Source: an uncultured bacterium
Lineage (GTDB): Bacteria > Myxococcota_A > Polyangia > Polyangiales > Houyiibacteriaceae
DNA: 43,642 nt
Reading direction: 5' to 3'
Assembly (NCBI GenBank): GCA_937998345.1
Contig: CALLDH010000114.1
Location: 1 to 43,642 of the forward strand
Shown: piece after piece, positions 35,743-42,561 of the stretch
How positions within the stretch are numbered: position 1 is the stretch's first letter
Layout of the letters: each line of letters begins with the position of its first letter
The notes under the pieces: model-generated
The model's input: the letters and a program-made list of their open reading frames with translations, nothing else
What the model was told of the DNA's origin: nothing
The model's database searches: none
Position numbers and translations under genes: made by a program

Positions 35743-36642
35743 ATGCCCGAGCTCCCAGACATCGAGCTCTATCGACATGTGCTCTGTTCGAACGTGGGCG
35801 ATCGTGTGCTCGAGCGTGTTCGCCTGGCGTCGCCGTTCGTCCTGAGGAGCGTGGAGCCATCGATCGATGCCGTCGAGGGGAAACGAGTGCTGGACGTGCG
35901 CCGGCTGGGCAAGCGGCTCGTGTTCGTCCTCGAAGAAGACCTGTACCTCGTACTTCATCTGATGATCGCCGGCCGTCTTCGTTGGAAGACGCCAGGACAC
36001 AAGATACCTGGCCGCGCTGGCCTCGGCGCATTCGATTTCGAGAATGGGACGCTACTGCTCACCGAGGCGAGCAAGAAGAAGCGCGCCTCTCTCCACGTGT
36101 GCCGCGGCGAAGAGGCACTGAGTGAGCATGACCCGGGAGGAATCGAGCCATTGGAAATCGACGAGTTCAGCTTTCGAGCCGCACTGATCGAGCGGAACCA
36201 TACCGTGAAGCGCGCGCTCACGGACCCGCGGATCTTCAGCGGTATCGGGAACGCATACTCTGACGAGATCCTTCACCGAGCCAAGCTCTCCCCGTTGATC
36301 TGGACGCAACGGCTGACGGAGGAACAGATTCAGCGCCTGCACGCCGCGACGCAGGAGGTGCTGTCGGAATGGGTGACGCGCTTGCTTGCACAACAGGGCG
36401 ATGATTTTCCCGAAAAGGTTACGGCGTTTCGCCCCGAAATGGCGGCGCACGGAAAGTACGGCGAGCCATGCCCCGCGTGTGGCGATCCCATCCAACGCAT
36501 CGTCTTCGCGGATCGTGAAACCAACTATTGTGCGACCTGCCAAACCGGTGGAAAGGTTCTTGCCGATCGCGCCCTTTCGAGACTGCTCAAAGGGGACTGG
36601 CCACGATCTCTCGAAGAGCTCGAATCCCTGCGCCGTGCTTAG
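35743..36642 (+). CDS. Fpg/Nei family DNA glycosylase/AP lyase
   Basis: MPELPD N-terminus (Pro2/Glu3), H2TH RALTDPRIFSGIGNAYSDEILHRAKLSP, zinc finger CPACGDPIQRIVFADRETNYCATCQ. Starts 2 nt after the permease stop. Confidence 0.85.
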   Translation: MPELPDIELYRHVLCSNVGDRVLERVRLASPFVLRSVEPSIDAVEGKRVLDVRRLGKRLVFVLEEDLYLVLHLMIAGRLRWKTPGHKIPGRAGLGAFDFENGTLLLTEASKKKRASLHVCRGEEALSEHDPGGIEPLEIDEFSFRAALIERNHTVKRALTDPRIFSGIGNAYSDEILHRAKLSPLIWTQRLTEEQIQRLHAATQEVLSEWVTRLLAQQGDDFPEKVTAFRPEMAAHGKYGEPCPACGDPIQRIVFADRETNYCATCQTGGKVLADRALSRLLKGDWPRSLEELESLRRA

Positions 36643-36682
36643 CCGCCTTGTAGGGCGCCGCGGGCGCACTAGAAATGTGCTT

Positions 36683-36701
36683 GTACCGATTTTGACGGTA
36701 C
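36683..36701. promoter_or_regulatory. Inverted repeat GTACCG-N7-CGGTAC upstream of the TLC-HEAT gene (candidate operator)
   Basis: Perfect 6-bp arms at 36683-36688 and 36696-36701 with an AT-rich spacer ATTTTGA, 15 nt upstream of the ATG at 36716. It overlaps the TTGACG and TTGTAC -35-like hexamers. Confidence 0.3.
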
Positions 36702-36715
36702 GTTGCGTCTGACAC

Positions 36716-39367
36716 ATGCGTTTTTCCATTCGCCGAGAGGATCGCAGGAACCTCGCCGTGGGCTTCGTCGGCTTGCTGGCGATCATGACAGCCCATTCGG
36801 TCATGGAGACCGCGAGGGACACGCTGTTCCTGACGAGTCTGCCGGCCACAGATCTGCCACACGCGTATCTGGCAATTGCTCTGCTCGCGATCCTCGAGCT
36901 CAAGGTTCACGAACGGGTCCTTCGTCACGTGCCTGACCGCCGGACGCTGCTGGCAGCATCGTTGATCTTTGGCTCGCTCGTGACGCTGGGTTTTTGGGCG
37001 TTGCTCGACGAGATGGGTGCGTGGGCACCGTTCGGCTTCTATGTGTGGACTGGGCTCCTGATCACCGTGGTGCTGATCGAGTTCTGGCTGTTGTTGGATG
37101 ACGCGGTGACCGTGACCCAGGCGAAGCGCATCTTTCCCGCCATCGCGGCGGGCGGGGTGACGGGCGCTACCTTGGGTTCGTTGCTCTCGGAGGGCTTGCT
37201 GCGAGTGGCGTCCCCGAGCGCGCTCGTGTTCGCGGCCACGGTGATTCTGGCACTGGCTTCGGCAACTCCGTTTCTTTGGAAAACCCGAAGCGTGGGGGCG
37301 ACAGAGCAGGTTTCGGCTGAGCCCAGGCGTCCGCTCGGCTGGCTTCTCCGGGATAGCTATCTGTCCCGCGTTCTGACACTGGTCTTGATGGGAACGATCG
37401 CGCTCACGGTCGTGGACTTCGTGTTCAAGAGCACTGTCGCAGACCAGATCCCTTCGGAGGCGTTAGGTCCGTTTTTCGCGCGCTTTTACCTCGGCCTGAA
37501 CACCGTGGCCTTGCTCGTTCAAGTGGTCGGTGCGGGCTGGCTCCTACGCGCGTTCGGCGCGCACCGGACTTCTGCACTCCTGCCAGTCTTGGTTTTCGGC
37601 GGCTCCATCGGCCTTGCAGTAGGGCCGGTCCTGCCATTTGCCGTGGCGCTCAAAGCAGTCGACGGAAGCCTTCGGCACACGCTCTATCGTAGTGCGGTCG
37701 AGGTGCTCTACCTGCCGCTCGACAGCAGGCGACGCGAACGGGCCAAGGGTCTCATCGAAGTGTTTGGGCACCGTGTCGGGCAGGCAGTTGCGTCGTTGCT
37801 GATCATCGCAGCGGTCGGTGTGGGCCTGACAACACAGCAACTCGGTGTGGTCTTGCTGTTCCTTGTCCTTGCCTGGGTCGTGGCGATCATGTCGACACGG
37901 CGCCAGTATGTGGATCAGTTTCGCGCCCGACTCCGGCAGGGCATGATCGACACCCAGCTCGAGCTCGAGGAGCTGGATCGCCACTCGCTCGACGTCCTGC
38001 TCAATGCATTGAACAGCGACCAAGACGCGGAAGTCATCGCTGCGATTGACATCTTCGATCGGCACGGGAGAGCCGAGCTGATCCCCGTCCTAGTCCTCTA
38101 TCATCCGTCGACCAGAGTCCGCACCCGGGCCTTGGAAGCCTTCGCGGAGGCCACCGATCACCGCTTCATTCCTGTCGCGCGCCGCATGCTCTCCGACGAC
38201 GACCCAGACGTCCGCGCGGCCGCGCTCCGCGCATTGACGGCGGTCGTGCCGAGCCGCGAGCTGCTCGAAGGAAAGCTCGACCTCGAGGCCTCGATCGTTC
38301 GGGCCACGGCGTTGGTCGGTCTCCTTTCGTTGAACCACGAAGCTGGCAATGGCGGTGCCTTGTCGATCTCGAAGCTAGACGAGTGGACGGGCTCCGACAA
38401 TCCGCAAACCCAGTCATCGCTCGCACGCGCGATTCGGCACGAGGGCGGGGCTGTCTTTCACGAAACTTTGATCAAGCTCATCGCCAGCGACGACGTGTCG
38501 GTGCGCCTCGAAACCTTGCGAGCGATGGAGGGGAGCCCGGATGCGAGCTACTTGCCGCACCTGCTCCCGCTCTTAGGAAGCTCCGATCTGCGCGCCACGG
38601 CGCGAAAGGCCGTAGTGGCGATTGGAACTGAGGCTCTGGTCGCTCTCGACGAGGCGCTCGCGGACCCGTCGACGCCCCGGAAGGTGCGTCGGCGCATTCC
38701 TCACACGATCATCTTGTTCGAGTCGCAGGAAGCTGCCGACATTCTGCTTCAACATTTGGAACGGGAGCGCGAGGGTGGCGTGCGCTTGAAGATCTTGCGG
38801 GCACTCGGTCGCCTGCACCCCAGCCAGCCATCGATGATCCTCGACGACGCGCTCTTGCAGGAACAGCTCCAGGAAAGCCTGTTGCGCGTCGTCCAGCTTC
38901 TCCAATGGCGCGCTGCCATCGAAAGCAACGGCACGTCTGACACGCCGGATGCCGAGCTCCTGCGTATAGCGCTCGAGGACAAAGAGCGAGCAGCGCTCGA
39001 GCGCGCCTTTGGGCTGATGGGTCTCAGGCATCCCCAAGAGAACTTCACCTTGGTTTGGCGGGGTGTGACGAGTGACAACACACGGCTACAAGCCGCAGGT
39101 CACGAGGTGTTGGAAGCAACATTGCCCGGATCGTTCCGTGAAGCGGTGCTGGCAATCATCGATGACGGAGAGCCCGCGGCACGGCGTGCACGTGCGGCGG
39201 CGGCAGCGCTCGGCGCAAACGTGCGCCAGATGTCTCATGAAGAAGCGGTCGAGCAAATGATGCAGGACCGAAGCGAAGTCGTGCGTGGAATCGCGGCTCA
39301 TCACACGGCGGAGCTCGGCCGGGGGCCGACCCGGGGCGCGGCCCAGGAGGTGCAGAGTCGTGCCTGA
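36716..39367 (+). CDS. TLC (ATP/ADP-translocase-like)/MFS-type polytopic transporter domain fused to a C-terminal HEAT-repeat domain
   Basis: The N-terminal ~390 aa have about 12 hydrophobic helices and the TLC-like opening NLAVGFVGLLAIMTAHSVMETARDTLFLTSLPATDLPHAYL. The C-terminal ~450 aa carry repeated HEAT/PBS-lyase-like units (DAEVIAAIDIF..., STRVRTRALEAF..., DPDVRAAALRAL..., DVSVRLETLRAM..., SEVVRGIAAH...). Confidence 0.7.
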   Translation: MRFSIRREDRRNLAVGFVGLLAIMTAHSVMETARDTLFLTSLPATDLPHAYLAIALLAILELKVHERVLRHVPDRRTLLAASLIFGSLVTLGFWALLDEMGAWAPFGFYVWTGLLITVVLIEFWLLLDDAVTVTQAKRIFPAIAAGGVTGATLGSLLSEGLLRVASPSALVFAATVILALASATPFLWKTRSVGATEQVSAEPRRPLGWLLRDSYLSRVLTLVLMGTIALTVVDFVFKSTVADQIPSEALGPFFARFYLGLNTVALLVQVVGAGWLLRAFGAHRTSALLPVLVFGGSIGLAVGPVLPFAVALKAVDGSLRHTLYRSAVEVLYLPLDSRRRERAKGLIEVFGHRVGQAVASLLIIAAVGVGLTTQQLGVVLLFLVLAWVVAIMSTRRQYVDQFRARLRQGMIDTQLELEELDRHSLDVLLNALNSDQDAEVIAAIDIFDRHGRAELIPVLVLYHPSTRVRTRALEAFAEATDHRFIPVARRMLSDDDPDVRAAALRALTAVVPSRELLEGKLDLEASIVRATALVGLLSLNHEAGNGGALSISKLDEWTGSDNPQTQSSLARAIRHEGGAVFHETLIKLIASDDVSVRLETLRAMEGSPDASYLPHLLPLLGSSDLRATARKAVVAIGTEALVALDEALADPSTPRKVRRRIPHTIILFESQEAADILLQHLEREREGGVRLKILRALGRLHPSQPSMILDDALLQEQLQESLLRVVQLLQWRAAIESNGTSDTPDAELLRIALEDKERAALERAFGLMGLRHPQENFTLVWRGVTSDNTRLQAAGHEVLEATLPGSFREAVLAIIDDGEPAARRARAAAAALGANVRQMSHEEAVEQMMQDRSEVVRGIAAHHTAELGRGPTRGAAQEVQSRA

Positions 39368-39389
39368 AAGATCCCAAAAATCTACTCAA

Positions 39390-40295
39390 ATGGATCGATT
39401 CCAGCGCTTTTTGTTCCTGCGAACGATGCCGGGGCTCGCCGAGGTGCCACCGGAAGTCTCCCAAGTCATCGCGGCGAACACGCGCGAGCGATCCTTTGCG
39501 AAGGGTGAATACCTCTACCGAACCGGGGTCCCCGCGCTCGAGATTCAATACGTGGTGAGCGGCGAGTGCGAAATCATCCGCAACGGAAGATCGGTGCGCC
39601 GTCTGGGCCCGCGGAGCGTGGTCGGCGGGGTGAGCGCGCTCGCAGGTGAAGAGCTAGGTTACGACTGCGTCGCGCTCGAGGACATGATCACGCTCGCGAT
39701 CGCCGTCGAAGATTCGCAAGAGATCTTCGAAGACCATTTCGTGCTGCTCAAGCGAGTGCTCCGAGGAACCAGCCGCGAGGTGCTCGAAACACGACGCCGG
39801 CTCGGAGAGAGCGCCGGTTTCGGTCCCGTGTCGGAACCGTTTGCTTTTCCCGATCGACCTTTCGATCTCGTCGAACGAATGGCATTCCTCAGAAAGACAC
39901 TTTCATTCGGCGACAGTGAAATCGACGCGATCGCCGACCTCGCCCGCGACGTTCAAGAAGTTCATCTTCCCAAAGGCGAAGTCCTCTGGAACATCGGCGA
40001 TCGAAGCACGTACTTCCTGCTTCCACTCCGCGGCGTCGTGGACTGCCGGGCTACCGATCCGGATCAACACTTTCAGCTGGGCCCGAGTGACTCGGTAGGC
40101 GCTATCGACGCCATGGCCGACGAACGACGCTGGTTCCGAGCCGAAGTCGCCGAAGACCTAGTCGCCTTCCGCATCGATCAGGAGTTCCTACTCGAAGTCC
40201 TAGAAGACCACTTCGCCATGGCCATGTCCCTCCTAAAGAGCGTAGCCGCCGGCATCCTCCACCTATACGACCAGGGACACTCTCCCCCCTCCTAA
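39390..40295 (+). CDS. tandem cyclic-nucleotide-binding-like (CAP_ED) domain protein without an output domain
   Basis: There are two beta-barrel CAP_ED-like units. The first is LFLRTMPGLAEVPPEVSQVIAANTRERSFAKGEYLYRTG...VSGECEI. The second is LRKTLSFGDSEIDAIADLARDVQEVHLPKGEVLWNIGD...LRGVVDC. No HTH is present. The ATG at 39390 is 22 nt after the upstream stop. Confidence 0.65.
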   Translation: MDRFQRFLFLRTMPGLAEVPPEVSQVIAANTRERSFAKGEYLYRTGVPALEIQYVVSGECEIIRNGRSVRRLGPRSVVGGVSALAGEELGYDCVALEDMITLAIAVEDSQEIFEDHFVLLKRVLRGTSREVLETRRRLGESAGFGPVSEPFAFPDRPFDLVERMAFLRKTLSFGDSEIDAIADLARDVQEVHLPKGEVLWNIGDRSTYFLLPLRGVVDCRATDPDQHFQLGPSDSVGAIDAMADERRWFRAEVAEDLVAFRIDQEFLLEVLEDHFAMAMSLLKSVAAGILHLYDQGHSPPS

Positions 40296-40402
40296 ACCCC
40301 CTAGAATCGCTCCCCACAGCAGCTCCCTCCATGGCTTGCCATTGGAATCTTTGTGTTAATTTCTCTTTATTTTCAGGTGGTTAGGAGGGGGGAGAGTGTT
40401 CC
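40274..40402. repeat. Long inverted repeat (19 bp perfect, 22 bp with one bulge) flanking an 85-bp AT-richer spacer
   Basis: ACACTCTCCCCCCTCCTAA at 40277-40295 (it includes the TAA stop of the cNMP-domain gene) is the exact reverse complement of TTAGGAGGGGGGAGAGTGT at 40381-40399. Flanking GGG (40274-40276) and CCC (40401-40403) extend the pairing if T40400 bulges. Confidence 0.85.
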
Positions 40403-40409
40403 CTTGTAA

Positions 40410-40425
40410 CTGTTTATTTGTTCAG
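40410..40425. promoter_or_regulatory. LexA (SOS) box candidate CTGTTTATTTGTTCAG upstream of imuA
   Basis: CTG-N10-CAG with a GTTCAG right half, embedded in the palindromic context TAACTG...CAGTAC. It lies 17 nt upstream of the imuA ATG (40442). imuA-imuB-dnaE2 cassettes are classically LexA-regulated. Confidence 0.6.
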
Positions 40426-40441
40426 TACACTGGGTGGTTCC

Positions 40442-41074
40442 ATGTCTGTTGGGGCCGTTGCGGGGATCGAGGGGAAGTGGGTTGGGGCTAAGGCTTTGCC
40501 GCTTTCGGAGTTGCTGCCTCCGGGGCGCTTGGTTGAGGTTTCAGGGCGGCATGCCTGCGCGCGGACGACTACGGCTGTGTCGTGCGTGATCCAAGCACAG
40601 GCGCGTGGGGAGCTCGTCGCTTGGGTGCAGCCAAAAGACGGCGCGTTGTTTCCTCCAGACTTCGATGCCGCGGGAGTTGATCTCGATGCACTCATCGTGA
40701 TTCAGGTACCGCGCCATGCGGGCCCCTTCGCATTGGTTCGCGCCGCCGAATGGCTTGCCCGTTCCGGCGCGTTCGAGTTGACGGTCATCGATCTCACCGA
40801 CGCTCTGCCGCCTGGTTCTTCGGTGAACTGGCAAGGCCGTCTTCAAGGTCTGTTGCGTCAATACGAGAGACGCATTCTCTTGCTCACCTCGAACGCATAC
40901 GAAGAACCTTCTTCCGGCCCGTTGATCGGTTTGCGTGTTGAACCTCGGCGCAGTCCTCTCCATGCCGATCGCTTCGACATTCACACACGTGTTCTCAAAG
41001 ACAAGGTCGGCATCACCGCCGAGCTTTCGTCGACGAACCCCATCGCTCCCGCGGGTTTGCGAGGCACGTCATGA
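40442..41074 (+). CDS. imuA: ImuA (RecA/SulA-like, SOS mutagenesis cassette protein)
   Basis: About 210 aa. LSELLPPGRLVEVSGRHACARTTTAVSCVIQAQARGELVAWVQPKDGALFPPDFDAAGVDLDALIVI matches the ImuA pattern, a RecA-fold lacking Walker A. Position is immediately upstream of imuB with an ATGA overlap. The ORF-track start at 40418 is a TTG inside the LexA box. Confidence 0.8.
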   Translation: MSVGAVAGIEGKWVGAKALPLSELLPPGRLVEVSGRHACARTTTAVSCVIQAQARGELVAWVQPKDGALFPPDFDAAGVDLDALIVIQVPRHAGPFALVRAAEWLARSGAFELTVIDLTDALPPGSSVNWQGRLQGLLRQYERRILLLTSNAYEEPSSGPLIGLRVEPRRSPLHADRFDIHTRVLKDKVGITAELSSTNPIAPAGLRGTS

Positions 41075-42561
41075 AGCGGGTGAGTTGTGTTCTGTTACCG
41101 ATGCTTCCGTTGCAAATTCTGTTGCGCAACAAGCCGCACTGGGTTGGCGCACCCATTGCCGTCGTCGACGATGAAGGTCCCAACGGCCGGATCACGCATC
41201 TCAATGAGCTCGCCAAAAAAAACCGTCTCCGCATTGGCATGCGTCAAACCGTCGCACGTGACCTTCTCCCGAACCTGCACACCGCCGTCGTGTCGCCCGA
41301 AGAAACCGCGGATGTCAGCCACGAGCTGATCACCTCTCTTCAAACGTTCTCACCCCGAGTCGAAGCGACCAATCACGCTGGCGCGTTCTACGTCGACCCG
41401 GAAGGCCTCCGGCGCCTCTATGGCGGCTATCGCAACTGGGCGACGTCGATTCACCGGTATTTACGGGCTCGACATTGGCACAACGCGGTGACGGTGGGCT
41501 TTCATCGCCAGCGAGTGCTCGCGGTCGCGATGACGCACAACGGGGTTACCATCCCGAAAAGCACCGACGACGAGCGTCGACAGTCGAACCAAACACCTCT
41601 TCGTGAATTCGATTTGCCAGGCGAGCTTTGCGAAAGCTTGGGTGCACTGGGTATCGAAACATTGGGCGAGTTTCTCGTCCTACCTGCAAGCGAGCTACAT
41701 AGTCGCTTTGGCGCCAAAGCAAGCGCGCTCCACGACTCGTTTGCCGATGACATGCAGCTCCCCATTCAGCCGCATGCCTTTGCCGATCCAGCATGCATCT
41801 CTTTCCAAGTCGATCCGCCCGACGAAGATCAAAACCGCTTACTCTTCGCGATCAAGGGCGCCCTGCATTCGCTGCTCCATCAGGTCCGAGCGCGCGGCGA
41901 AGCCATTCAATCTCTGCAGCTTTCACTTCATTTGGAGCGCGCGCCTCTTCATCAAGAGCACATCGAGCCCGCTTCGGCGACCTTGGATTTGATGTTGCTG
42001 CTCGATCTCATTCGTCTTCGCTTGGCTGGTTTGGGCGAGGTGCGCATGCAAGGTGCAGTCGAGGAAGTGGAGCTTCTTGCCAACACCGTGCGCGCACGCG
42101 CAGAGCAGGTTGCGCTCCCTGGCCATCAATCTCGTCGCGATATGAGCGCTGCGCATCGAGCGCTCGACCGAATCCGCGCTGCCTACGGCGAGCACTCGGT
42201 CACGAAGGCTCGCGTGCGCGAGGCGCATTTGCCCGAGGCTTCGTTCCGCTGGGAGCCCATCCAACACGCTGGGCTCGGTAAGCAAAACGATTCACCTCCA
42301 CTTTCTTCTATGATTCGTCGTGTTTACGCACAGCCAAAGCCTCTTCCTCCCCGCACGCCCAAGGAGCCAGAGGCCGGTCCCGCCCTCGCAAAAGAGCACG
42401 CGATCGAGCACATGTACGGGCCGTACCGCGTGAGCGGTGGTTGGTGGAAGCGCCTCGTCGAACGCGACTACTACTACGCCGAAACTGATCACGGTGACTT
42501 GCTCTGGCTCTTCTACGACCGCCCCCGGAAGCGCTGGTTCTTGCACGGAGTGCTCGATTGA
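41071..42561 (+). CDS. imuB: ImuB (Y-family polymerase-like, catalytically inactive adaptor)
   Basis: N-terminus VSCVLLPMLPLQILLR, Y-family palm/fingers-like layout, C-terminal YRVSGGWW...YYYAE...LWLFYD motif. Located between imuA and dnaE2. Confidence 0.85.
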   Translation: MKRVSCVLLPMLPLQILLRNKPHWVGAPIAVVDDEGPNGRITHLNELAKKNRLRIGMRQTVARDLLPNLHTAVVSPEETADVSHELITSLQTFSPRVEATNHAGAFYVDPEGLRRLYGGYRNWATSIHRYLRARHWHNAVTVGFHRQRVLAVAMTHNGVTIPKSTDDERRQSNQTPLREFDLPGELCESLGALGIETLGEFLVLPASELHSRFGAKASALHDSFADDMQLPIQPHAFADPACISFQVDPPDEDQNRLLFAIKGALHSLLHQVRARGEAIQSLQLSLHLERAPLHQEHIEPASATLDLMLLLDLIRLRLAGLGEVRMQGAVEEVELLANTVRARAEQVALPGHQSRRDMSAAHRALDRIRAAYGEHSVTKARVREAHLPEASFRWEPIQHAGLGKQNDSPPLSSMIRRVYAQPKPLPPRTPKEPEAGPALAKEHAIEHMYGPYRVSGGWWKRLVERDYYYAETDHGDLLWLFYDRPRKRWFLHGVLD

